This document shows positions 1 through 10,322 of a stretch of 41,023 nucleotides of DNA, in pieces. Position 1 is the first letter of the stretch. Each line of letters starts with the position of its first letter. The DNA lies in the IMG/VR virus record IMGVR_UViG_2690316062_000001, positions 1 to 41,023 of that record, one strand, 5' to 3'. The notes under the pieces are model-generated. The model was given only the letters and a program-made list of their open reading frames with translations, had not been told where the DNA came from and did no database searches. The translations under genes and the position numbers were made by a program. The DNA is from a virus. Taxonomy: Duplodnaviria; Heunggongvirae; Uroviricota; Caudoviricetes.

Positions 1-380
1 TCCTCATGCATAAGATAAGGGGCAAGTTCACTTCCTAAGTAGAACCCTGCTTCTTTACAGGTATCACCAATTATCGCGTTGGTTAATCCAAGGTTTTCGA
101 GAGCCGTTTTCACCGTGCCATCCGATTTGATATCGCCAAACGGATTCTTGCGGCTTAACAGCAGCGCGCGAAGCGCGGTAAGTAGCTGGTCGTGCCGCCC
201 CTTATCCAGGCTGGCACCGGACGCCTCCACAACGCTGCAAAGCTCCTCCTGCAACATGTCAAAGTAGTCATCATCCAGATCGGTGGCAGGCGTGCCGGTC
301 TGGGGGTTACCACGGGTAAAACCGTTCTTACCCGCGCCGAACTTATCCTTCTGCGCGGTTTTCGTGTCTATACGATGCAT
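1..380 (-). CDS. Side tail fibre protein, N-terminal 126 codons (gene continues beyond window start)
   Basis: Minus-strand ATG at 380-378 translates [47 protein letters not shown], the conserved N-terminus of lambdoid/Mu-type tail fibres; frame stays open to position 1. Confidence 0.75.
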   Translation of the reverse strand, partial: MHRIDTKTAQKDKFGAGKNGFTRGNPQTGTPATDLDDDYFDMLQEELCSVVEASGASLDKGRHDQLLTALRALLLSRKNPFGDIKSDGTVKTALENLGLTNAIIGDTCKEAGFYLGSELAPYLMHE

Positions 381-383
381 GGA

Positions 384-968
384 TTACTCCGGATATTTAA
401 AAATTACGTAGGTATGCGAAGGGCAGAGTTTGTTAAGCACGCACTCGACAACGGTGTCGCCCCAGATACGCAGTGCGGAATCACAGGGATCGCCACATGT
501 CATCCAGGTGGTGTTGGTGGCGGCTGGCATGTTGACCTGCCAGTAATAACGCCATTCCGGCGCATTCACTGCGTCAGTACAGGCCGATGAGCAGGTGAAC
601 GTGCTTTTATCGTATCGCGTGATAGTGGCGTCTGGTCTGCCCAGGGCAGCAAGCTGTGCAAGATAAAAATCCTCATTGATGCCGCCCGCCAGATTAACCT
701 TCGCATCCAGCCGTTGCTGACGCTGGCGAAGGGTCTGTGTCCCTGCGGGAATACATTCATCCGGCAGACCGCACAGACGCTCCCAGCGGTTTATCAGTTC
801 AGTGGTGGTGCGCGGATCCAGCTCCCGCATCAGGGCATCCGCACGCTGATGAACGCGGGTTAATGACGGTGCCGCACCGGCAATCGCCGGATCGCTGACT
901 GACCACGCCGGACCGGGCGGCAACAGTGCCGACAACAGACGGATATAATCATCGTTTGTCACGTCCAT
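384..968 (-). CDS. Tail/baseplate protein, Mu gp48-like (DUF2313-type)
   Basis: 194-aa ORF, overlaps upstream baseplate J gene by 10 nt; position and size fit the last baseplate gene before the fibre in Mu-type tail modules. Confidence 0.55.
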   Translation of the reverse strand: MDVTNDDYIRLLSALLPPGPAWSVSDPAIAGAAPSLTRVHQRADALMRELDPRTTTELINRWERLCGLPDECIPAGTQTLRQRQQRLDAKVNLAGGINEDFYLAQLAALGRPDATITRYDKSTFTCSSACTDAVNAPEWRYYWQVNMPAATNTTWMTCGDPCDSALRIWGDTVVECVLNKLCPSHTYVIFKYPE

Positions 969-2017
969 GAAATCGTCCCCAGTACCGCCAGTTCATTTTT
1001 TGCAATGGAGATATTGTCCACCGGTGCAAGCAACTGATGGCTGTATTCCCCGTTCGCACCGGAAATCGCCTCACTGATACGCGATACCTTCAGTTCTCCC
1101 TGCGGATAACCATCACGCAGCAGGAACGAACGCAACTCCGCGGTAATGGCAGCCCGTATTTCCGGTGTGTCCGGCGTCACGCGGATATGAAAATCCACCG
1201 TATGTGCCACCGGCCTGAATACATACAAATCAGAGCCTGCCACCGGGGCCAGTGGCCCGATATGTTGTCTTGCTGCCGTTTCCGTTGATTCTTCCGGAAT
1301 GGGATTAATCAGGTCACTGCTGGCAATCATCACACCGACAGTTCCCGTTCCCATCCAGTGACGGTATGTCCATGCGCGGGTAATGCCGGGCACTTCTTTA
1401 GCCCAGACGACATAGTCCCCGTCAGCCCCGCCCTGAGGCGTCCAGTAATACCGCTCAATGACGCGGGCGCGCCACGTTTCCAGCTCTTCAGTATCAAATC
1501 CACCTGTCAGGGTATCTGCCACGCCGGAAGACGGCAGACCATTCACCGGCGTGACCAGGATTAATGACGTACCGTCGTCAGCGTTACCGACCGCGCCTGC
1601 ACTTGAGCAGGCGATCGGCACGCGCAGGACACCACTGGAGCTGGTTGCATCGGCAGTTGCCGTGTACTGAACCAGGTCATCGCGCTGAATAACACTCCCG
1701 GCGGTCACCTTCAGGCCATCGCTGACACCTTCCCAGCGCATATACCCGCTGGCAGCCGTGGCCCCCTTGCGCGGACACCGTTTCATCGCAGCATGTCGCG
1801 CCAGCCAGGACTCATCGCACAGGTCAGGCAGCATGTTCATTGCCAGATAATCGATGTACCCGTAAACCGTATGCAGCGCCGCCGCATACACCTTTGCCCG
1901 CACGTCTTCATCCATGCGCCGGAGCGTGTCGCTGACGTCCAGCCTGGCGAATAAATCGTTACGGAGCATACTGATATTTTCTGCCAGCGTCGGGCGCTGA
2001 AATTCACTGTCCGCCAT
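959..2017 (-). CDS. Baseplate J-like protein (Mu gp47-like)
   Basis: 352-aa ORF in baseplate gene run; overlapping starts and stops with neighbours typical of a structural operon. Confidence 0.65.
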   Translation of the reverse strand: MADSEFQRPTLAENISMLRNDLFARLDVSDTLRRMDEDVRAKVYAAALHTVYGYIDYLAMNMLPDLCDESWLARHAAMKRCPRKGATAASGYMRWEGVSDGLKVTAGSVIQRDDLVQYTATADATSSSGVLRVPIACSSAGAVGNADDGTSLILVTPVNGLPSSGVADTLTGGFDTEELETWRARVIERYYWTPQGGADGDYVVWAKEVPGITRAWTYRHWMGTGTVGVMIASSDLINPIPEESTETAARQHIGPLAPVAGSDLYVFRPVAHTVDFHIRVTPDTPEIRAAITAELRSFLLRDGYPQGELKVSRISEAISGANGEYSHQLLAPVDNISIAKNELAVLGTISWT

Positions 2018-2432
2018 GCGTTATCGCACTCCACAGATCATCAAAAGAAATCATTACCGGTCCGTCACGACGCCAGAGAGTGATACTGTTACCCAGTTCA
2101 TTAATCCCGGTGCGGCGGATATCCAGATCAATACGGGACACCACGCCGTCATCAGTCATCCATTGCAGGCATTCGCGGATATACCCCCTTACCGTCTGCA
2201 CCAGCTGATTGGTCAGTTTGCTGCGCTGAAGCAGCCACAGTCGGGAGCCGTAACGGTCATTCTGTACCGCAGGCCAGGTATCCCCCCACCATCCCATCGG
2301 GACGTCGGCGTTGTCATCAGGCTCCGCCCGCCGCCAGGTAAACAGGGAAATCACCACGGCGCGGGTCAGCGGATCCAGCGGTGCGCTGGCGCAGGTGCGT
2401 TTACCGTTCACCGTCAGCCACAGTTCCATCAT
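2004..2432 (-). CDS. Baseplate protein, Mu gp46-like (phage GP46 family)
   Basis: 142-aa ORF between spike and J genes; order matches Mu-type baseplates. Confidence 0.55.
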   Translation of the reverse strand: MMELWLTVNGKRTCASAPLDPLTRAVVISLFTWRRAEPDDNADVPMGWWGDTWPAVQNDRYGSRLWLLQRSKLTNQLVQTVRGYIRECLQWMTDDGVVSRIDLDIRRTGINELGNSITLWRRDGPVMISFDDLWSAITHGGQ

Positions 2433-2977
2433 GCCTCCATCGCTTTATCAGGTTTGTCGGTGTTACTGCCCTGACCGTTCTCTCTGTGACGATGCCCATT
2501 ATAGGCAAGCCGCATCGCTGACATGGTGGTGCCGCCGGAGTCGCACAGGTCTTTCACCTGTCCTGTCACTTCCAGGTCCATTTCAAAACGCGCTTTAGGT
2601 GAATTGCGAAACGTGATCGTTTTACCTGCACCGTCCACCACAATCCCCTCCCGGGTCAGCGTCACGGACTGCCCCTGATCGTCATAGACAGCCACCTCAC
2701 CCGTCTGCAGCCCTTTCAGGCGGTAGCGCCGGTCCGACACCGTAACAACCACCGCATGAGAACGGTCGCCATCCGGAAACAACACCACCGCTTCCGCACC
2801 GCTGTTTGCCCTTGCGGTAAAACCGTAGGGTTCAAGATGTTCAACCCCGGCTTTGGGTTCACCGGCAATCAGGGACACATCCACGGTCTGACATTTCGTG
2901 GCGGCACTGATACTTTTCACCACTGCCCGCCCAATCAGGCCGAGGAGTTGTCGCTGCATGGCTTCAATCGTCCTCAT
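2429..2977 (-). CDS. Baseplate assembly protein V / central spike (Mu gp45-like)
   Basis: 182-aa ORF, ATGA overlap with next gene, downstream of hub protein gene. Confidence 0.6.
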   Translation of the reverse strand: MRTIEAMQRQLLGLIGRAVVKSISAATKCQTVDVSLIAGEPKAGVEHLEPYGFTARANSGAEAVVLFPDGDRSHAVVVTVSDRRYRLKGLQTGEVAVYDDQGQSVTLTREGIVVDGAGKTITFRNSPKARFEMDLEVTGQVKDLCDSGGTTMSAMRLAYNGHRHRENGQGSNTDKPDKAMEA

Positions 2978-4056
2978 CAGAACGGGTCCTCCTGTACTCT
3001 GGCTTTTTTCTTTTTCCGCGCGCCGGGGGCTTCGGGTTCAGGCAGATAAGCATCAGGTGGGCCGACACGGATTTCCGTCAGGGTGCCGTTCTGGTCCTGA
3101 GTAAACGTGACTTCCGAGACAAGCAGTTCGGTATTGTCGAAACCACAGACCGGATCGAAGACAATCACCCGCTGGTTGGGCTGCCACAGCGTACCGTTAC
3201 CCTGTCGCCAGCCCTGCACCACATAGGTGGTTTCATCCGTCCGCGCCGCCCGTTGCCGGGCTTCAAAGTCAGCACGCGCGATACAGCCTGCCCCCGTGGC
3301 CTGCCCTGTCTGCCTGATATACATCGGACGGTAACGGGCAATAAATGCGTCCTCTGTGCGGGCCCGCAGCGCGGTGGTGGTGGTCTCACCGAAATCATCG
3401 TCGTTTCCGGCACGCTGCCCCGCCACCTGGTAAACAGAAAATCGCTCCCGGATACTCTTCTCCGTATCGCAGGAAAGGATGTTTTCCCCGAGTACCAGCG
3501 CAGTATGTGCCCGCGTTGAGCCAATACCGCCAATCACCAGCCTGCCGTGCGGGTCGTCGTAAGCCAGTGCCTGCTGCTGACCGAGTATTTTGTTGATTAC
3601 CTCAATCACCGTTTCACCGTGATCAGGCTGAACATCAGGAATAACACCCGACGGCGCACCGCTGTTCACCACCTCAATACCGAAAGGCGCAGCAAGCGCC
3701 TGCGCAATCTGCACCAGCGAGCGTCCGTTAAACTGTGTCGGTTCGGCTGCACAGTCAATCAGGTCTGCCGTCAGACTACGTCCGGCAATACCGGTGCTGA
3801 CCGAACGGGCATCGTAACGAACGGGCGTCGCCTCCACCCAGCCGGTGATCACCAGCTCATCACCAATCAGCACTTCCACTTTTGAACCATTTTTAATGCG
3901 CGGCTGAAGCGTGGTGATACCCTCATCTCCCGGCCACTGGCGGGTGATCTCCACACTGAAATCCCGCGCCAGCCGTTCAATACCGGCACCGATGCGCACC
4001 GATGTCCAGCCATTCCACTCCCGGCCATTTACCCGTAGCGTGACATTGTCGTTCAT
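2977..4056 (-). CDS. Baseplate hub / tail protein (Mu gpP-like, late control D family)
   Basis: 359-aa ORF after the DNA circulation gene; 4-nt overlap with it. Confidence 0.6.
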   Translation of the reverse strand: MNDNVTLRVNGREWNGWTSVRIGAGIERLARDFSVEITRQWPGDEGITTLQPRIKNGSKVEVLIGDELVITGWVEATPVRYDARSVSTGIAGRSLTADLIDCAAEPTQFNGRSLVQIAQALAAPFGIEVVNSGAPSGVIPDVQPDHGETVIEVINKILGQQQALAYDDPHGRLVIGGIGSTRAHTALVLGENILSCDTEKSIRERFSVYQVAGQRAGNDDDFGETTTTALRARTEDAFIARYRPMYIRQTGQATGAGCIARADFEARQRAARTDETTYVVQGWRQGNGTLWQPNQRVIVFDPVCGFDNTELLVSEVTFTQDQNGTLTEIRVGPPDAYLPEPEAPGARKKKKARVQEDPF

Positions 4057-5387
4057 TGCACTGGCACCTTCAGAGGGATCACCGGCACAAAGCCGGGATG
4101 CGTAATGGCATTACGCCGGATAATGTCCGCGTCACGCGCCGCGTTATCAAACCAGGTCGCCGCCAGCACCAGCGCGGGTAAAACCTCATCCGGTGTGCGC
4201 TGAATGATCCGTGCAGACTGTTCAAGGCGCGTGTTGATATCCGCATTCAGATCTGCTTTCACCCGGCGCAGCGCCAGAAACAGCGCATCACTGGTTGTAC
4301 GGGACAACTCCTTATCAATTGCCGTATTCAGTGTGTCGCGAATGTCAGTCAGTTCTTCCCACGTCGGCAGATCAACCGTGTTTTTCACCGCCGGTGCATT
4401 GTTCAGTGCCGGATGCGTGACGGAAGGCCAGCCGGTGCTCTGCGCAGCTGTTGTTGCCTGCCCCACTGCGGCATTCTGCATCACCGCGGAAGTTGTTGGC
4501 GCAGGCAATCGGGTGACGGCATACGCCGCTTCGCTGATTGCGGTCGTACGAAGGGTGCTGGCAACCACGTTACGCTGCTGCGTCGCCGTGGCGGTGGTTT
4601 TACTGTCCGTTTTCCAGACGCCGCGCGGTTGCAGATCGCTGCCGAGGCTGACACCGGAAAGCGTTTTGATCATGGTGACCAGGTCGCTGGCGTTACCATA
4701 AAGGCGTTTCCCGGTACGCCACATTTTCTGCACCTGCTCAACGAAATTTTTGCCTGACGATGGCGGCGGCAGAAGTACCGAGATATCCCCCTGCAACAGC
4801 CTGGCGGCATCCGATACGGCAGAATCCACCACTTTCATCGCATCAGAAACATACCCCAGCATTATGCTGGCATTACCGATAACGTCGTTCTGCACGAAAT
4901 CCGCCACACCATCGATACTGAAACCGCTGAAGCTGTCACTGATGCAGTCATCCAGTGCAGAACAGGATGACATCAGCGTCTGCGCCGTCGCCGCACCTGA
5001 TGTGGGGTAAGAGAGTTCTCCTGCTTCGACAAACTTCAGGTCAAAGCGGACAATACGCCCTTCACTTTTCGATGTGCTGACCCGAACTTCCCCGTCAACA
5101 CAGACTTTCAGCTCACCATATGTCGGGTGGACAAGCGTGCCGGGACCGGGTTTATTCAGCGCTTCAATCAGGCGATCGCGCTGGTCAAAGCAGTCATCTC
5201 CCACCACATAAGCTGTGATGGACGGGCGGAAAGTGACTTTTCCCAGATCTTCGGTATAGGGCTTGTCGCGGTTCGGGTATTCATGTGTTTCCACACGGCG
5301 ACCGGTTCCCGCACTTTCTTCTTCAACCTTAAACGGCACACCTCGAAATGACGCATCCTGAAGCCTGTCTTTCCACGTCATATACAC
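4053..5387 (-). CDS. DNA circulation protein (Mu gpN-like)
   Basis: 444-aa ORF; N-terminus MYMTWKDRLQDASFRGVPFKV...THEYPNRDKPYTEDLG...PGPGTLVHPTYGEL matches the recalled Mu N signature. Confidence 0.7.
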   Translation of the reverse strand: MYMTWKDRLQDASFRGVPFKVEEESAGTGRRVETHEYPNRDKPYTEDLGKVTFRPSITAYVVGDDCFDQRDRLIEALNKPGPGTLVHPTYGELKVCVDGEVRVSTSKSEGRIVRFDLKFVEAGELSYPTSGAATAQTLMSSCSALDDCISDSFSGFSIDGVADFVQNDVIGNASIMLGYVSDAMKVVDSAVSDAARLLQGDISVLLPPPSSGKNFVEQVQKMWRTGKRLYGNASDLVTMIKTLSGVSLGSDLQPRGVWKTDSKTTATATQQRNVVASTLRTTAISEAAYAVTRLPAPTTSAVMQNAAVGQATTAAQSTGWPSVTHPALNNAPAVKNTVDLPTWEELTDIRDTLNTAIDKELSRTTSDALFLALRRVKADLNADINTRLEQSARIIQRTPDEVLPALVLAATWFDNAARDADIIRRNAITHPGFVPVIPLKVPVQ

Positions 5388-5390
5388 TCC

Positions 5391-5421
5391 GAAAATAAAA
5401 AAGCCACCTATTAGAAGGTGG
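5391..5421 (-). terminator. Rho-independent terminator after tail-operon moron
   Basis: Minus strand reads GCCACCT-tctaat-AGGTGGC followed by TTTTTTATTTT, immediately 3' of the 5443-5973 ORF. Confidence 0.6.
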
Positions 5422-5442
5422 CCTTGTAATGAATTTTATTAA

Positions 5443-5973
5443 TTAGCGGGTCAGAAACAACGAATCTTTATACTTTTGCTGTTGTTCATTTAAATACTTA
5501 GCTGTTTCATCGCTGGCAAATGGAAATATTACCGTATTTTTAGGCATGGTAATTTCTTTTTTGTCCAGCGTCAGAGTAAACATAGGAACATACTGAGCAG
5601 AGTAACGCACCGCAGAAACGAGCTCTAGTTTAGACTCTTCAATAACACTTAAATTATCCAGGCTAACTTTCTCTTCATCTTTTTTCTTTGACGCATTTAA
5701 AGTTTTTATTACTTTATTTAATTTCTCCTGAAAATCCTCCTTAAAGTTTTCAGGATTGCCGTCGACAACAAGAATCTGTTCACCCTGATTATCTGGAAAA
5801 ATAATCTTTGCACTTATCAATTTATTTTCTTTATAAACATCACCAAGTTTTATGGCTCCTCCAGATAACTGAATAATATGTTCATCTTTAAAGGAGATGT
5901 TGCCAGAGATTATGAGAGATGAAAAAATAGCCGCTGCTCCAAGAATTACACTTGCTGTGATATAGCCTTTCAT
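5443..5973 (-). CDS. Hypothetical membrane-anchored or secreted protein (AT-rich moron inside tail operon)
   Basis: 176-aa ORF with hydrophobic N-terminus MKGYITASVILGAAAIFSSLIISG; visibly AT-rich compared with GC-rich flanking tail genes; own terminator. Confidence 0.6.
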   Translation of the reverse strand: MKGYITASVILGAAAIFSSLIISGNISFKDEHIIQLSGGAIKLGDVYKENKLISAKIIFPDNQGEQILVVDGNPENFKEDFQEKLNKVIKTLNASKKKDEEKVSLDNLSVIEESKLELVSAVRYSAQYVPMFTLTLDKKEITMPKNTVIFPFASDETAKYLNEQQQKYKDSLFLTR

Positions 5974-6064
5974 TTTTCGCCTATTAACATTTTTCTAAAT
6001 GTGCATTAATTCTATCACTCTATTTATGACTTACAACCAGCAATACATGTGAGGGGAATCCTGG

Positions 6065-7897
6065 CTACCAAAATCGGGTATAGCCAACATCGTGATTTAT
6101 ATCAATGCCACTGGAGCGTGTTTCCGTAACCCGCATACCTGGTGGCATATTTATAAATGATACCTTGATCTCACCATCAACTTTTGGCGCGGTAGCTTTA
6201 TTAATCATGAAGGGATTCGAGCCTGTGGCATCGGAGGCGTTGTTTGCCTGAGCCGGATCCACCGCCGGATAAGGAGTGTATCCCCGTGCCGGTATTCCCG
6301 TCCCATAAGCATCATAAGCACCCGCGCCCCACTGCGCAGAGTTAATGGCATCGACCGTGTCACCGGAACTGTCGGTAAACCACTCAATAATTGGCTTCAG
6401 CTTGTCCCACATATCCTGAAACCACTTAACAACCGGCCCCCAGTTATTGATCACCATCCCCAGCGGCGACCAGGCAAAAACTTTCTTAAGGAGTTCCCAG
6501 CCAGCCTCAAAATAAGGACCAATGGTTTCCCAGAGCTTCTTGAAATAAGGTCCGACAACATCCCAGTTAGTGATAATTAATCCCGCAGCCAGGGCTATCG
6601 CCGTCGCAATCATGCCAATCGGCGTCATCGACATGATCCTGCTGACAATGCTGATGGCACTGCCCACGCCCATCAATCCCAGTTTCAGAATCGCAAGACC
6701 GGCAGCAAGCCCGACGACGGCGCGAATAACCCGGGGATTTTCATCCGCAAACTTCGTGAATTTTTCCCCCAACTCCCCCAGCCATTGCGTGATATTTTTG
6801 GCGTCACCAGAAAATGCGCCGCCAATAGCCGCAAGGCCGTTAGTTGCGGTCCCCGTCATTGCCTCCCACAGGTTGGACAGCGTACCAAGCTGTGCCTGAA
6901 CACGTTTATTCAGGCTGGCCTGTTTATTCATCTTTTGCTGGATCTGATCGTAACCATCCTTTCCTTTATCGATCAGCGCATTGACCACCTGAAGGGTTTC
7001 GGCATCATCACCAAATATTGCCTTAAGTACACCTGTTCGCTTAACGTCGGTAAGTTTTCGCAGCTTTGCCAGTTGCTTAAACATGTTATCAAGACCGCCA
7101 AAACTTCCTTTGCCGTCAGTAAAATCGAGCTGTACCCCGAGTTTCTGACGGGCCATAACTTTATTGACGTCCCTGATTTTCTTAACGCTTAATCCGGACT
7201 GGATAACTTTTCGCAGGGCATTACCTGCCGACTCCCCGTTCATCCCCATCTGATCCATCATGACGCTGATGGGGGCAAGGCTCTGTGCAGCCTGAAGACC
7301 GTCCTTGTTCACCATCTTCAGAACAGAACTGGTTTTAGTGAAGAAGGACAACATGTTGGTATCGTCAACGCCCAGATAAAACGCCTTCTGGATAGTGTCG
7401 AACAGCCCCATCATGTCTTCTGACGCCGTTCCGGTAGCATCCTGCATCTTTGCAGCAAACTCAGCAGCCGCTTCCGGTGTTTTTTTTAGTTGTACCGCAA
7501 GATAAGCTGTCGCTTTACCCACACCGCCAAGAATATTTTCTGCCGGGATCCCCTGACGCACCAGCATCTGCATCATGTTCTGGAAATCAGCCGTTGTACC
7601 GGGTAGCTGGTTACCCAGGCCAATAGCCAGTTTATTGATGCCCTGAAAGCTCTTTCCGACCTCGCCGTTCGCATCCATCATGGCGACTTTCAGCCCGGTG
7701 GCGGCGTTTTCCTGATCGGCATAAGATTTCAGGGAAAGCGTCAGCCCCGCTGCCAATCCGCCACCAAGCGCCAGCCCACCCTGTGACGCCTCTTCCGCCT
7801 GGCGTTTAAATCCCCGGATTTTCTTTTGCATTTTCGACAGCGCGGGAGAAAGCCTGTCGACACCGGTGATCAACGCCTTAAGCTCAAATTCAGCCAT
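6065..7897 (-). CDS. Tail tape measure protein
   Basis: 610-aa ORF rich in Gly/Ala with hydrophobic segments, immediately after chaperone frameshift pair. Confidence 0.85.
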   Translation of the reverse strand: MAEFELKALITGVDRLSPALSKMQKKIRGFKRQAEEASQGGLALGGGLAAGLTLSLKSYADQENAATGLKVAMMDANGEVGKSFQGINKLAIGLGNQLPGTTADFQNMMQMLVRQGIPAENILGGVGKATAYLAVQLKKTPEAAAEFAAKMQDATGTASEDMMGLFDTIQKAFYLGVDDTNMLSFFTKTSSVLKMVNKDGLQAAQSLAPISVMMDQMGMNGESAGNALRKVIQSGLSVKKIRDVNKVMARQKLGVQLDFTDGKGSFGGLDNMFKQLAKLRKLTDVKRTGVLKAIFGDDAETLQVVNALIDKGKDGYDQIQQKMNKQASLNKRVQAQLGTLSNLWEAMTGTATNGLAAIGGAFSGDAKNITQWLGELGEKFTKFADENPRVIRAVVGLAAGLAILKLGLMGVGSAISIVSRIMSMTPIGMIATAIALAAGLIITNWDVVGPYFKKLWETIGPYFEAGWELLKKVFAWSPLGMVINNWGPVVKWFQDMWDKLKPIIEWFTDSSGDTVDAINSAQWGAGAYDAYGTGIPARGYTPYPAVDPAQANNASDATGSNPFMINKATAPKVDGEIKVSFINMPPGMRVTETRSSGIDINHDVGYTRFW

Positions 7898-8072
7898 GTG
7901 TGCGTTTCTCCTGCTCTATCCTGTTTGCCTGACTGACCAGCAAGGGAATTTCACTGATCGGCATATTCAGCAATTCGAAGGGATTAATGCGCCAGTAGCT
8001 GGCGCAGTCAAAGAAGCGATCAGTGAGGTATTCAGCCGTCAGGCCTGGAGGAAAAAACCAGCCACAAGCCAC
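7890..8072 (-). CDS. Tail assembly chaperone, -1 frame C-terminal extension (reached by programmed frameshift)
   Basis: ORF overlapping the 3' end of the 8039-8308 gene in the -1 frame; reading through the slippery site gives ...WFFPPGLTAEY... Confidence 0.55.
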   Translation of the reverse strand: MACGWFFPPGLTAEYLTDRFFDCASYWRINPFELLNMPISEIPLLVSQANRIEQEKRTHG

Positions 8073-8308
8073 GCCGCTGCATTCAGGTCTGCCGGAGACA
8101 TCTGGTCGACAGAGCTTTGCGGCACTTTCGCCAGCCGCACAATGTATTTCGACACCACATGCGCCAGAAGTCTGACGGACTCATCCTGATTCATCTGGTA
8201 GGGATACCCCAGCTCGCGGACATCCTTCCCGGTGGGTTCATCAAACTCCAGTACGGAGAGTGTCTCACCATGAGCGATAATCGGTTTCTTTAACTCAAGC
8301 TCTTTCAT
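8039..8308 (-). CDS. Tail assembly chaperone (0-frame product)
   Basis: 89-aa ORF between tail tube and tape measure genes, the conserved position of the G/GT-type chaperone. Confidence 0.6.
   Translation of the reverse strand: MKELELKKPIIAHGETLSVLEFDEPTGKDVRELGYPYQMNQDESVRLLAHVVSKYIVRLAKVPQSSVDQMSPADLNAAAWLVAGFFLQA
8051..8057 (-). promoter_or_regulatory. Slippery heptamer T_TTT_TTC for -1 ribosomal frameshift
   Basis: Minus strand GCT GGT TTT TTC CTC CAG GCC TGA; heptamer T TTT TTC lies 4 codons before the stop of the upstream ORF, and the -1 frame continues into 7890-8072. Confidence 0.6.
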
Positions 8309-8664
8309 TACTGGTAATCCCCTTCTTCACCGTGGAACTCAAGATCAACCGTGCCTTCTTCGGCATTATGGTTCGCTTCTCCGTGCAGCCAGGCGGACGA
8401 CAATACATAGACCTGACCGTTCGCCAGCTCGGCAGTGATGGTCATCTCATCAGACGAGGTGATTTTGCTCACCGGAAAATTCTTCGGCACCTTGAAGGTC
8501 CCTTTGACATAAGGCGCACGGTGAGTTTCCTTGCGGTCCACTGAACCGTCCAGGCCGATGATGTCATCATTGACCGTCCTGTTCATGGGCACCTCAATGC
8601 CGCCGGTCAGCGATAGCTGCTGACCGTCAATTTTGAAATAACAGGTTCCCCCGATACGGGCCAT
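8308..8664 (-). CDS. Tail tube protein
   Basis: 118-aa ORF directly after sheath gene; MARIGGTCYFKIDGQQL... is tube-like. Confidence 0.75.
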   Translation of the reverse strand: MARIGGTCYFKIDGQQLSLTGGIEVPMNRTVNDDIIGLDGSVDRKETHRAPYVKGTFKVPKNFPVSKITSSDEMTITAELANGQVYVLSSAWLHGEANHNAEEGTVDLEFHGEEGDYQ

Positions 8665-10160
8665 TATGCAGACTCCTCTGAATACTGAAGACGGAACTGG
8701 TTAACCACGGCAAAGACACGCAACTGGTTAACATAGTCAGGCGGGAACAGCGTGTTCAGGCGGTTCGGATCGCTGGCATCACGCTCCACAACCAGGTACT
8801 GCTTAAACAGTTCGTAGTTTTCCACGATCCCCGCACGCTCAAGCTGACGGTAGGTTGCCAACAGTTCCCCTTTGATCACCGCCGGGGTGACAATCGCCTG
8901 ACCGGGACCAAAGCGGGTACCGTCACTGGCAAGCTTGTGACGCCCGTACTTACTGGTAATGACGGATTTCAGTTTGCGCAGTACATACGCGCTGGTATGC
9001 AGTGTCTCACTGTCGAGGTAGCTGTTATCCGCAACCCCGTAAGCGTTTTTCCTGTACGTGGTGACATCACGCTGAATGCGCAGTACCCCGCTTTCGACAT
9101 ACGCCGTTGCCACGCCATGAGACAGCAGGGTCTGTTGTTCGGTCATCGTGAACCGTTTCCCCTTCGGCGCAGGCAGCATACCCACCAGCTCACCGGTCTG
9201 CGTGGGACGTGCCGGATCGTTGCGGATAAACACCGCTGCGCGGGCGGTACGGCTTGCCGCAAGTTCGTCGGCAGGCGTCTGGGTCTCTTTTTCGTACCCT
9301 GCCAGGGTAATGTGCTGCTGGTTAAACTGGTCACCTGCGGTCACCAGTTCTGACAGCGTGCCGATCTTTGCCGTATACACATGACCATACAGCTGACGCG
9401 CATAGCTCCAGCGACCGCTGGTATCGTTCATCTCGGTCACCAGCGTGTTAACGGAGGCCGTGTCGTTGAACGGCAGGCCGATATAATCAAACGGCTCATC
9501 CGCCATTGCAGCCACCGCGCCGGTGAGAACCGGAGCACCCGTTCCGGCGGTACCCGTCGCCACGGCAATCTGTACGCCCGCTGGCAGCACTTCGCCCCCA
9601 CCAAAGCCGTAGTAATTGAGGCTGACAGGAATTTCATTCCCGCAAAGCCCCTTATGACGCGCGGTAAGTGTGACCACGCCTGCCGAAGATGAAGCCGTAA
9701 ACGGCAGGGCCGGAACGGCATTGATGGCATCTTTGATACTGCTGGCAATCGTCGTGACGTTATCGCCGTTGGTCACCGGAGCCTGCACGCGGGTACGTCC
9801 CACATAGACATTCACCGTGCCGCTTTCGGTTGCTTCCCCGGTCACCGCCAGCGTAACCGTTGCCGCCGCGCCTGTGGCTTCCGGAACGGCAATCACATAC
9901 AGCTCACCAAACGGGTCTGTCTGGCGATAAGCCTCGACCATACGCGCCAGCTGACTTCCCGCACCACAAATCTGGCGTGCATAGTCTGCCGACGGCATCA
10001 GCACCAGACTGTTGGCAACAATCTCTGCACCGTTATTGGCATGACCAATCAGCAGCGATGCTCCGCTGTCCTGTGCAGTATTCGCAGCCTGGTTATCCAT
10101 TTCCGCATAAAACAGCGGAACCAGCGTATTCGACGGAATGGTGTTAAAGCTTATCGTCAT
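8664..10160 (-). CDS. Contractile tail sheath protein
   Basis: 498-aa ORF, sheath-typical size, followed by tube gene with 1-nt overlap. Confidence 0.85.
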   Translation of the reverse strand: MTISFNTIPSNTLVPLFYAEMDNQAANTAQDSGASLLIGHANNGAEIVANSLVLMPSADYARQICGAGSQLARMVEAYRQTDPFGELYVIAVPEATGAAATVTLAVTGEATESGTVNVYVGRTRVQAPVTNGDNVTTIASSIKDAINAVPALPFTASSSAGVVTLTARHKGLCGNEIPVSLNYYGFGGGEVLPAGVQIAVATGTAGTGAPVLTGAVAAMADEPFDYIGLPFNDTASVNTLVTEMNDTSGRWSYARQLYGHVYTAKIGTLSELVTAGDQFNQQHITLAGYEKETQTPADELAASRTARAAVFIRNDPARPTQTGELVGMLPAPKGKRFTMTEQQTLLSHGVATAYVESGVLRIQRDVTTYRKNAYGVADNSYLDSETLHTSAYVLRKLKSVITSKYGRHKLASDGTRFGPGQAIVTPAVIKGELLATYRQLERAGIVENYELFKQYLVVERDASDPNRLNTLFPPDYVNQLRVFAVVNQFRLQYSEESA

Positions 10161-10322
10161 CGGTGTTCACCTTTTTATTCACGCGCCGGATATCACCCGC
10201 TGCTTCACGGCGCAGCCAGTAGTTGTTCTCGTCAACATTTCGCCCTTCGGCGGGCAAAAGGTCGCCGCGGGCAGGGTCAGGCACTGACCGCCCTTTAACA
10301 GGTTTGACAAACATGAGGATCC

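Noticed and set aside
192-590. Plus-strand ORFs of 60-290 aa overlapping minus-strand structural genes (e.g. 192-590, 2016-2474, 9381-9692, 10347-10937, 12698-13567, 14843-15418, 15657-15956)
   Set aside because: They lie antisense to long, well-supported phage structural genes in GC-rich DNA where spurious open frames are expected; Arg/Pro/Ser-rich low-complexity translations, and none has a plausible RBS and start.
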